From: Candidatus Neptunichlamydia sp. | GTDB taxonomy: Bacteria > Chlamydiota > Chlamydiia > Chlamydiales > Simkaniaceae | DNA: 64,000 bases | Assembly (NCBI GenBank): GCA_965233865.1 | Contig: OZ247587.1 | Coordinates: 416,001 to 480,000, forward strand | Reading direction: 5' to 3' | Shown here: positions 19,894 through 28,487 of the stretch, one piece after another | How positions within the stretch are numbered: the stretch's first letter is position 1 | Layout: each line of letters opens with the position of its first letter | Made by a program: the position numbers and the translations under genes | The notes under the pieces: generated by a model | Databases searched by the model: none | What the model saw: only the letters and a program-made list of their open reading frames with translations | Told to the model about the DNA's origin: nothing

Positions 19894-20199
19894 TCAAAAA
19901 AAACTACAAACAGCCCATTTAGCAAAAAGTTTGCTATAGGCTTCTATCATCATCCAGATAATCATTCCTGTCACAATAGCACCAATTAAGCGATTGTTTA
20001 TGGAAATTTTGTCTTTAGATTTTGAGTAGAATGTAAAATATATTGTAGCGGCAGAAGCAATAGAAAGAGACACTACATCGTAAAATAGAATAGGAAATAT
20101 ATTAAATATACGAAGAAACAAACAAAAACAAATACCACTAAAATTAACAATTATTTCTTCTTTACTGGTGTTTATCAAAGCTCGTTTTAAAAATCTCAT
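19894..20199 (-). CDS. Small membrane protein with about 3 TM segments, cassette allele A (candidate immunity partner)
   Basis: 101 aa, three hydrophobic stretches; ATGA overlap with the upstream 226-aa gene; paralogs at 25167 and 26409. Confidence 0.8.
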   Translation of the reverse strand: MRFLKRALINTSKEEIIVNFSGICFCLFLRIFNIFPILFYDVVSLSIASAATIYFTFYSKSKDKISINNRLIGAIVTGMIIWMMIEAYSKLFAKWAVCSFF

Positions 20200-20876
20200 G
20201 CATAATCTCTTATATTATTAGACAACGAAGGGTCTAGCTGTTTTCTTTTATACTGCTCGTCCATGATATCAAATCCCGAAGTATCCAAAGGCTTCCAAGG
20301 TTCAAGAATTGAATTTTTTGTAAGTTCTTCAGTGTTTCTTTCGTAATCATCGTACCAAGTAACAAAAGTCACATCTTCTAACTGGGTTCCAGAAGTTTCC
20401 ATTGCCTCTTTAAACTCTTCAACACCTTTCCAAACTCGCTCTGCAACAACAAAAACCATCCAACTTCCCTTTGCAGGATTATGAATGAAAGTTGCAATTC
20501 CAATAACAACCCCAACCATACCTGTTGCCATCATTTCAAAAGACTTCTCTAGATGTTTTTTAGACTCTTCATTGTTGCACCGAATATGGTATTGATATAC
20601 AGCAATATCAAACTTATTTTGTTTTTTTGCTTCACTATCAAAATATCCCCAAAGTGGGCCTTTTTTTTCTGAATTGTTAGAAACATCTCCACGATAATAA
20701 ACTAGATGAACCGGGGATGGAGCCTTAAGGTATTCTAATAGCTTATATTCTAAGATTTCTTTTTTTGACGTAACCTCTCTTCTATTCCACGATACAGGTG
20801 ATTCTTCTGAAATTTCGTGATCATAGTTTTCAATCAAACCAGAAGAGTTGCATGTTGAAAATTCTTCTACTGACAC
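20196..20876 (-). CDS. 226-aa protein with central hydrophobic hairpin, cassette allele A
   Basis: GTG start; near-identical to 24490 and 25732 ORFs except the central segment. Confidence 0.82.
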   Translation of the reverse strand: MSVEEFSTCNSSGLIENYDHEISEESPVSWNRREVTSKKEILEYKLLEYLKAPSPVHLVYYRGDVSNNSEKKGPLWGYFDSEAKKQNKFDIAVYQYHIRCNNEESKKHLEKSFEMMATGMVGVVIGIATFIHNPAKGSWMVFVVAERVWKGVEEFKEAMETSGTQLEDVTFVTWYDDYERNTEELTKNSILEPWKPLDTSGFDIMDEQYKRKQLDPSLSNNIRDYA

Positions 20877-20914
20877 TCTTTTTCTTGCCTCTTATTTTCA
20901 TCCATAATAAAAAA

Positions 20915-20943
20915 ACTATATACCTGGATCACTTTTGAGTCAA
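20915..20943 (-). promoter_or_regulatory. Sigma70/66-type promoter of cassette A
   Basis: TTGACT-N17-TATAGT on the minus strand, conserved in all three cassette copies. Confidence 0.7.
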
Positions 20944-20980
20944 AAAACTACCTCGTGCACACTATGTTATAATAGTAATC

Positions 20981-23031
20981 ATGAAAAGAATATCCCCGAT
21001 CAGCTTCCTCTTTCTTACAACGATCAGCTGTTTTTGTTCTGAAACATTCATTGGACCGACAGCAAGAGTCAAACATGATTCAGAAGGTCATGGCATTTAC
21101 AGCAACGTCATGGAAATTTCTCCGTGGCACCATAGATTTTTAAATACTTACACCGCATTCATCCCTCCTGACTATACATCAGCAGTAAAATGGAGCGCAG
21201 ATTTTCTTCTGCAACGACTTAATTACAAAAAACTTACAAATAATCACAACTACCTAACACCACAATTAACGACAGCGATTTCTTTAAATAAAATTCTCGC
21301 AAATAGGTTCTTGGATAGTTGTAAACTAGATATTTATGCTTCCTATTCTTGGGGAAAGCTTCTCAAAGCAGAAGGGATTTATTTCACACCCTTCAGTGGC
21401 TGGGGTATCCAGGGGGGGATCGAGAAGCGAGTACCCTTTTTTCATACAAATATTGGAAGATGCGTTATTTACGATGTTGGAAAGCATCACCTAAAATATG
21501 GAAAAGACAAGCTCTTCAAAGGGGCTGGGATGTCTGTTTTTGTAGAACAACCGATAGGAGAAAATGTTTCTATTCGAAAAGATTTTATCTGGAGAGCACC
21601 ATTTAACCATTATGGACTTCAACTTCAGTGGAAACCAAATCCCAAGCATGGTTTTGGAGTTTTTGGAAATAGAACTGTGGGAAAGATTACTAACGAAAAG
21701 CTTTCATCTAAAAATGTTGGAATTGAGTGGATATTAAGAATTCCTCCTATGAAGAAGAAAAATAAACTTTTCTATCAAAAATGTGCTGGTAATGTGCCAG
21801 AAAAATTAAAAAAATGGGCAAAAGACTCAGAAACATTTTACCCGCAGGTTCAGCCTAGAGTTGAAACCATTCCAGAAAAACCTGTTCTACAAATAGAAAA
21901 CATTGCCTCTTGTTACGACGAAATTTTCACGTTAGAAAAACCAAGCTACGGAAAGCTTTGTATAAGAAACAATAGCTTTGAAGACGTTGAAATTCAAGAT
22001 TTTTTTCTTGTAAACTCTCGCAATCAGACTTTTTATCCGCTACATAAATTTAAAGGTTTTCACATTCCGCCTAGGTTGTGTTGAGAAATTTACTTTAACC
22101 ATTGGAGAGCCGCGATAAAATGAAGGAATGCCTTGAACCTTGATGCTAACTTCTCGAACCGAGAAAACAATCGTCTATAATGTTTGAGGAAGCCAAATAA
22201 ACATTCGATTTTGTGTCGTTCTTTATATATGTCTTTATCATGCTCTCGATGATCAATGCGATTTTTCTTTGAGGGAATGATGGCAACAGCTCCGATGCTC
22301 TTTACATGATCAATGATTGCATTGCTGTCGTAGCCTTTGTCAGCCAATAATCTTTTGTAATCCCTACCCTTGAGCAAAGGAATAGCTTGATGACAATCAG
22401 CTGCTTGACCACCTGTTAAAATAAAATCAAGTGGATTACCTAATGCATCACAGATACTATGGATTTTAGTCGTAAAACCTCCGCAGGACCGACCTAAGGC
22501 CTGCTCGTCTTGACCTCCGGTTTTTTTTTACTGGCTCCTGCGGCACAGGCATGAGCGCGGAGGACTGTACTGTCGATCATAATATATTCCATGTCTGGAT
22601 CATTTGAAAAATAGTAGAGCATCTTGTACCACACACCATGTTCAGCCCAGTCTGCAAAACGATGATAGACGGCATTCCAGTCTCCATATTCCTTTGGTAG
22701 CAAACGCCATTGTGCTCCGCTCTTGGCAATCCAAAATACAGCCTCTACAAAGCAACGAGTTTTCTCTTTGTTATTTGTGTGTATTTTGGGGTAATTACTC
22801 AGATATTCGTAAAGTTTCGACCAGGCGTGGTCATTTATTTTATGCGGGTATAGCATATAGATCTCCTTCTTCAGGAAGTCAGCTTGCACCATTTATGGAA
22901 ATTTCTCAACACAACCTAAGGGTCTGTTAGAAGAAGAATTTCTAGATTATCACCTGGAAGGAGAATACCACATTCTAACACCTAAAAAGTACTCTTTAGA
23001 GATCACCTTTGAAGGAGATCCCCTTGAGTAA
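20981..23031 (+). pseudogene. Exported, probably beta-barrel-type protein interrupted by IS B; 401 aa when restored
   Basis: Signal peptide and aromatic/amphipathic strands; removing the IS and one TA rejoins HIPP-KGLLEEEF...GDPLE* in frame; loose resemblance to inverse-autotransporter beta domains is from memory and unverified. Confidence 0.65.
22072..22918 (-). mobile_element. IS5-family insertion sequence B, copy 1 (apparently intact; orfA ~22494-22892, orfB to 22090)
   Basis: Perfect 20-bp inverted ends TAGGTTGTGTTGAGAAATTT including TA duplication; KSGAQWRLLP..YG.W, MIDST, LADKGYDS, YKERHKIECLF; A9 slippery site at 22521-22529. Confidence 0.95.
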
Positions 23032-23905
23032 AGTTCAAGTGTTAGAAGTTCAAAAAGGCTTCCAGGAAAAAATCTATAACTGCGAGGCCGACATAGCCAT
23101 AATCGGAGGGGCGATGGGAGCTGGGAAAAGCTTTGCTCTTCTATTAGAGGTAATGAAACATATCCATGACACAGAATATCGCTGTGGGATATTTCGAAAG
23201 CAACGCGCTAATATTTTGTGTACTGGTGGTCTTTGGGAAGAATTACTGTATCTCTGCGATATGTGCCGTATCAAAGTTAAAACCAACCGTCATGACTTAA
23301 AAATCACATTTCCGAGCGGGGCTGTTGTTCAGTTTGGGCATGCAAGGGAAAATCCAGAGGCTCTAAAAAGACATCTAAAAGGAACCCAGTATACCTGTTG
23401 TCACCTCGATGAAGCCGATGAATTTCCCTATGAAGGATTTCGATTTCTCCTTGCCAGAATGCGCTCCAAAGCACAAATCAAACCCTATATGAGGATGACA
23501 ACCAACCCAAGTGAAGGGTGGATTAAAGACATGATCAAGCCATTTTTGAGTGAAGATGACTACCCAAACTCCTCGGAATGTGGCAAGCTTAAATATCTCT
23601 ACTTTATGAATAATAAACCGATTGTTCGTGATACTAAGGAAGAGTTCATCAAAGAATTTAACCTATCTAACGATGATCTTAAATATCTCAAAACGTTCAC
23701 GTTCATTGCAGGGCGCGTTGATGAAAACAAAAAGCTCCTTCAGAACAACCCAGAATATCTATCAAATCTAAAGACTCTTTCCGACTGCGAAAGAGACCGA
23801 TTTCTTTATGGATGGTGGGGAGAGCTTCCGAAAAACGGAATATTTAAAGAGCAGGATTTTCAGATTTATACAGGGATGCCAGAAGAGATGGATCGTTGTG
23901 TTATA
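23024..23905 (+). pseudogene. terL: Phage terminase large subunit, ATPase domain; nuclease domain missing
   Basis: IIGGAMGAGKS (Walker A), LDEADEF (Walker B), MRMTTNP (motif III), FIAGRVDENKKL; GAAGGAG RBS before TTG 23024; runs into a DnaB-like fragment near 23900. Confidence 0.8.
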
Positions 23906-24270
23906 AAAGGATTTTCAGTAGGCAAGAAGAGCTCAAATCTATCTGCTTGGATCTTAAAAACTGCGCCAATGATACAGGGCTTCCCATATTTGTTGCGGCT
24001 CAATTTAACCGCGAAGTGCAATCGTTTTCAGAAATGCATGCCACAAAAATTGGAGAAGCTGGAGATATCGAAAGGATCGCGAATCTCATCATTGGAATGT
24101 GGAACATGAAGTTTAAGCCATTTTCAAAAACAACAGAGAAACAGCAAGCTTTTATCTCAAAAGAAGAAATCCACATGGAAGTTCTCAAAGGCAGAGAAAT
24201 CGGTGTAGGACATAGCGCGCATTTCAAGTGCGATGGCAACCTGGGGAAGATTGATAAAGAAAAACAGTAG
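23896..24270 (+). pseudogene. DnaB-like helicase C-terminal fragment
   Basis: RQEELKSICLDLK.CA...LPIFVAAQFNR...GEAGDIERIANLIIG...LKGR, matching DnaB H3/H4 motifs. Confidence 0.75.
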
Positions 24271-24422
24271 CAAGAATCTGTGCAAAAGGTTGAAGCCAAG
24301 AGGGGCCTTAACGATGAAATTGACTCAATTAAGTAAGGGTGCAACATGTTTGAATATACAGGATCTATTAAGTTTATTCCTCTTCCGACCGGAGAAAATA
24401 AGCTTGAGCATGAGGTGGTTTT

Positions 24423-24451
24423 TTGACTCAAAAGTGATCCAGGTATATAGT
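24423..24451 (+). promoter_or_regulatory. Sigma70/66-type promoter of cassette B (cassette C copy at 25665-25693)
   Basis: TTGACT-N17-TATAGT about 40 bp upstream of the GTG start. Confidence 0.7.
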
Positions 24452-24489
24452 TTTTTTATTATGGATGAAAATAAGAGGCAAGAAAAAGA

Positions 24490-25170
24490 GTGTCAGTAGA
24501 AGAATTTTCAACATGCAACTCTTCTGATTTGATTGAAAAATATGATCACGAAATTTCAGAAGAATCACCTGTATCGTGGAATGGAAGAGAGGTTACGTCA
24601 AAAAAAGAAATCTTAGAATATAAGCTATTAGAATACCTTAAGGCTCCATCCCCGGTTCATCCAGTTTATTATCGTGGAGATGTTTCTAACAATTCAGAAA
24701 AAAAAGGCCCACTTTGGGGATATTTTGATAGTGAAGCAAAAAAACAAAATAAGTTTGATATTGCTGTATATCAATACCATATTCGGTGCAACAATGAAGA
24801 GTCTAAAAAACATCTAGAGAAGTCTTTTGAAATGATGGCAACAGGTATGGTTGGGGTTGTTATTGGAATAGCTTTATTGCCAGGAAAGTATGGTGTAGGG
24901 GCTCTTTCTATTTTCAGTTGCACCGACAGAGTATGGCAAGGAGTAGAAGAATTTAAAAAGGCAATGGAAACTTCTGGAACCCAGTTAGAAGATGTGACTT
25001 TTGTTACTTGGTGCGATGATTACGAAAGAAATACTGAAGAACTTACAAAAAATTCAATTATTGAACCTTGGAAGCCTTTGGATGCTTCGGGATTTGATAT
25101 CCTGGACGAGCAGTATAAAAGAAAACAGCTAGACCCTTCGTTGTCTAATAATATAAGAGATTATGCATGA
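24490..25170 (+). CDS. 226-aa hydrophobic-hairpin protein, cassette allele B
   Basis: Paralog of alleles A and C; variable segment LLPGKYGVGALSIFSCTDR. Confidence 0.82.
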   Translation: MSVEEFSTCNSSDLIEKYDHEISEESPVSWNGREVTSKKEILEYKLLEYLKAPSPVHPVYYRGDVSNNSEKKGPLWGYFDSEAKKQNKFDIAVYQYHIRCNNEESKKHLEKSFEMMATGMVGVVIGIALLPGKYGVGALSIFSCTDRVWQGVEEFKKAMETSGTQLEDVTFVTWCDDYERNTEELTKNSIIEPWKPLDASGFDILDEQYKRKQLDPSLSNNIRDYA

Positions 25171-25472
25171 GATTTTTAAAACGAGCTTTGATAAACACCA
25201 GTAAAGAAGAAATAATTGTTAATTTTAGTGGTATTTCTGTTTTTGCTTTACTTCTTTTTTCAAAAGCTATTCCGCGGCTTGTGTATGATGTTTTATTTTT
25301 TTCTTTTGCCTCTGCATCTATAATATACTTTACATTTTACTCAAAATCTAAAGAAAAAATCCCTATAAAAAGTCGTTTGCTTGGAGCCATGGTTGGTGGT
25401 GCATTCATTTGGCAACTCATAGAAGCCTCAAGCAAACTTTTTGCTAAATGGGCTGTTTGTAGTTTTTTTTGA
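25167..25472 (+). CDS. Small membrane protein with about 3 TM segments, cassette allele B
   Basis: ATGA-coupled; 101 aa; three hydrophobic stretches. Confidence 0.8.
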   Translation: MRFLKRALINTSKEEIIVNFSGISVFALLLFSKAIPRLVYDVLFFSFASASIIYFTFYSKSKEKIPIKSRLLGAMVGGAFIWQLIEASSKLFAKWAVCSFF

Positions 25473-25731
25473 ATTTAACGGTTTGAGATAGTTTAGGCTA
25501 TACAAACCCATCATCAGAATCATAAAAATAATTGAAGTCAAGAGGGGCCTTAACGATGAAATTGACTCAATTAAGTAAGGGTGCAACATGTTTGAATATA
25601 CAGGATCTATTAAGTTTATTCCTCTTCCGACCGGAGAAAATAAGCTTGAGCATGAGGTGGTTTTTTGACTCAAAAGTGATCCAGGTATATAGTTTTTTTA
25701 TTATGGATGAAAATAAGAGGCAAGAAAAAGA

Positions 25732-26412
25732 GTGTCAGTAGAAGAATTTTCAACATGCAACTCTTCTGATTTGATTGAAAAATATGATCACGAAATTTCA
25801 GAAGAATCACCTGTATCGTGGAATGGAAGAGAGGTTACGTCAAAAAAAGAAATCTTAGAATATAAGCTATTAGAATACCTTAAGGCTCCATCCCCGGTTC
25901 ATCCAGTTTATTATCGTGGAGATGTTTCTAACAATTCAGAAAAAAAAGGCCCACTTTGGGGATATTTTGATAGTGAAGCAAAAAAACAAAATAAGTTTGA
26001 TATTGCTGTATATCAATACCATATTCGGTGCAACAATGAAGAGTCTAAAAAACATCTAGAGAAGTCTTTTGAAATGATGGCAACAGGTATGGTTGGGGTT
26101 GTTATTGGAATTGCAAGGTTACTTCATAATCCTGTAGGAGGTGTTTTTGCAGTCTATAAATGTGGCAAAGGCGTCTGGCAAGGTGTTGAAGAGTTTAAAG
26201 AGGCAATGGAAACTTCTGGAACCCAGTTAGAAGATGTGACTTTTGTTACTTGGTACGATGATTACGAAAGAAACACTGAAGAACTTACAAAAAATTCAAT
26301 TCTTGAACCTTGGAAGCCTTTGGATACTTCGGGATTTGATATCATGGACGAGCAGTATAAAAGAAAACAGCTAGACCCTTCGTTGTCTAATAATATAAGA
26401 GATTATGCATGA
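25732..26412 (+). CDS. 226-aa hydrophobic-hairpin protein, cassette allele C
   Basis: Variable segment RLLHNPVGGVFAVYKCGKG. Confidence 0.82.
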   Translation: MSVEEFSTCNSSDLIEKYDHEISEESPVSWNGREVTSKKEILEYKLLEYLKAPSPVHPVYYRGDVSNNSEKKGPLWGYFDSEAKKQNKFDIAVYQYHIRCNNEESKKHLEKSFEMMATGMVGVVIGIARLLHNPVGGVFAVYKCGKGVWQGVEEFKEAMETSGTQLEDVTFVTWYDDYERNTEELTKNSILEPWKPLDTSGFDIMDEQYKRKQLDPSLSNNIRDYA

Positions 26413-26717
26413 GCACGTCGTTCAAACAATCTTTAAAATATACTAGTAAAACTGAATGGATTATCGTTTTGCTATCCTTAGTTTTTTTTGAGTTATTATA
26501 TCATGTGTTAAAAACACCTAGAATAATTATAGATCCTTTGTTTTTCCTTTGTGCTTCTGCCGCTACAATATATTCTACATTCTACTCAAAATCTAAAGAC
26601 AAAATTTCCATAAACAATCGCTTAATTGGCGCTATGTTCGCGGGAGCATTTGTTTGGCAACTCATAGAAGCCTCAAGCAAACTTTTTGCTAAATGGGCTG
26701 TTTGTAGTTTTTTTTGA
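26409..26717 (+). CDS. Small membrane protein with about 3 TM segments, cassette allele C
   Basis: ATGA-coupled; 102 aa; distinct N-terminal half. Confidence 0.8.
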   Translation: MSTSFKQSLKYTSKTEWIIVLLSLVFFELLYHVLKTPRIIIDPLFFLCASAATIYSTFYSKSKDKISINNRLIGAMFAGAFVWQLIEASSKLFAKWAVCSFF

Positions 26718-26748
26718 ATTTAATGTTGCTCGTTTTTTAAGCTAGGAG

Positions 26749-26890
26749 TGATCTTCCCCCGTTTCTGTAGACATTTTTAACATAGACTATTCTCATGTTT
26801 TTCTTCAAATTTCACCGGGCTCAAATATCCCAATGTTGAATGTCTTCTCTTATTGTTATAGTAGCATTCTATATAGTTAAATATTTCTGT
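26749..26890 (-). mobile_element. IS3-family 3' remnant
   Basis: EIFNYIECYYNNKRRHSTLGYLSPVKFE integrase tail and terminal TGATCTTCCCCCGTTTCTGTAGACA. Confidence 0.85.
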
Positions 26891-28311
26891 TGCTAAGTCT
26901 CTTAAAGGAAAAAAGTTCTGCTTGTAGATTCCGATGATCAGAAGTCTGCTCTTACTTGGTCCGAAGCAAGAGACAATATTCAAGAAAATGTACCATCAAA
27001 TACTCAAATTAATGTAGTGCATCTTTCAGGAAGCTCTGTTCTAACGTAAGTCAAGAAGTTATCTAACGATTATGACGAAGTAATCATTGGTGTGGGTGGT
27101 CGAGAAATATCCTCTTTACGAGCGGCCCTTTTAGCCTGTGATATTTTCCTAACGCCATTCAGATCAAGAAGTCTGGATATCTGGAGCATTGAAAAGCCTG
27201 AAGAAATACTTATAGAAGCTCAGACAATGAATCCACATATGAAAGCATTTGTTGTTCTCAATCAAGCAGACTCTCGCGGAAGTGACAACAAAGACGCAAA
27301 GCAAATTCTCAAGGACAGCAAACTTATAAAGCCCATGAATTGTATTAGGTTGTGTTGAGAAATTTACTTTAACCATTGGAGAGCCGCGATAAAATGAAGG
27401 AATGCCTTGAACCTTGATGCTAACTTCTCGAACCGAGAAAACAATCGTCTATAATGTTTGAGGAAGCCAAATAAACATTCGATTTTGTGTCGTTCTTTAT
27501 ATATGTCTTTATCATGCTCTCGATGATCAATGCGATTTTTCTTTGAGGGAATGATGGCAACAGCTCCGATGCTCTTTACATGATCAATGATTGCATTGCT
27601 GTCGTAGCCTTTGTCAGCCAATAATCTTTTGTAATCCCTACCCTTGAGCAAAGGAATAGCTTGATGACAATCAGCTGCTTGACCACCTGTTAAAATAAAA
27701 TCAAGTGGATTACCTAATGCATCACAGATACTATGGATTTTAGTCGTAAAACCTCCACAGGATCGACCTAAGGCCTGCTCGCTTTGACCTCCGGTTTTTT
27801 TTTATTGGCTCCTGCGGCACAGGCATGAGCGCGGAGGACTGTACTGTCGATCATAATATATTCCATGTCTGGATCATTTGAAAAATAGTAGAGCATCTTG
27901 TACCACACACCATGTTCAGCCCAGTCTGCAAAACGATGATAGACGGCATTCCAGTCTCCATATTCCTTTGGTAGCAAACGCCATTGTGCTCCGCTCTTGG
28001 CAATCCAAAATACAGCCTCTACAAAGCAACGAGTTTTCTCTTTGTTATTTGTGTGTATTTTGGGGTAATTACTCAGATATTCGTAAAGTTTCGACCAGGC
28101 GTGGTCATTTATTTTATGCGGGTATAGCATATGGATCTCCTTCTTCAGGAAGTCAGCTTGCACCACTCATGGAAATTTCTCAACACAACCTATTTCACAA
28201 CGCAAGGTGTTTGCTAATGCTATCTCAGAAGGGCTAGGCATATTAGAGTATAGACCCATAGACAAAAAAGCTGAATTGGAGCTAAAAAAAATGATATCGA
28301 AGTTATATTGA
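26880..28311 (+). pseudogene. parA: Plasmid-type ParA/ParF partition ATPase; 5'-truncated, with a stop and frameshift, interrupted by IS B copy 2
   Basis: KVLLVDSDDQKSALTW...YDEVIIGVGGRE...RAALLACD...PFRSRSLDIWS...VVLNQAD; removing the IS rejoins NCII-SQRKVFANAISEGLGILEY...*. Confidence 0.85.
27346..28192 (-). mobile_element. IS5-family insertion sequence B, copy 2
   Basis: Near-identical to 22072-22918 with the same inverted ends and TA duplication. Confidence 0.95.
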
Positions 28312-28352
28312 AATGATATCTTAATGATATAAATATGATATTAAAGTGATAT
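28291..28352 (+). repeat. Six RTKATAT heptamers at exact 11-bp spacing (parC/parH-like centromere or operator)
   Basis: ATGATAT 28291, GTTATAT 28302, ATGATAT 28313, 28324, 28335, GTGATAT 28346. Confidence 0.75.
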
Positions 28353-28381
28353 GATTTAACAGAAAGAACCTCAAGGTAAAA

Positions 28382-28487
28382 ATGGTAGTCAATAAAATCC
28401 TAAAGAAACAAGAAGCTTTCATCGAAGGTAAGCAGGAAGCAAAGAAAGAGAGTCAACCTCAAAAATTCAGGCAGCTGCATAATGTAT
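28382..28487 (+). pseudogene. Truncated small ParA partner (possible ParG-like protein) N-terminus
   Basis: MVVNKILKKQEAFIEGKQE... directly downstream of parA and the repeats; cut by IS A copy 2. Confidence 0.45.

Larger units (their letters stand above)
24290..26721 (+). repeat. Tandem duplication with ~1242-bp period (cassette B then C); inverted third copy at ~19827-20958
   Basis: 24290-25472 aligns with 25532-26721; ~24410-25540 is the reverse complement of ~19827-20958 apart from the variable patches. Confidence 0.92.

Noticed and set aside
23906..24109. C-terminal ~68 aa of the 366-aa terminase ORF as genuine terminase sequence
   Set aside because: It is out-of-frame read-through of the DnaB-like fragment
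24233..24499. ORFs 24233-24499 and 25532-25741 (and antisense 24000-24431, 25428-25673) as a third cassette gene
   Set aside because: They run across the promoter, have different starts, and are only partly present in copy A; similarity is explained by DNA duplication
19827..26721. Diversity-generating retroelement as the source of the variable patches
   Set aside because: No reverse transcriptase or template repeat in the window; differences involve all four bases
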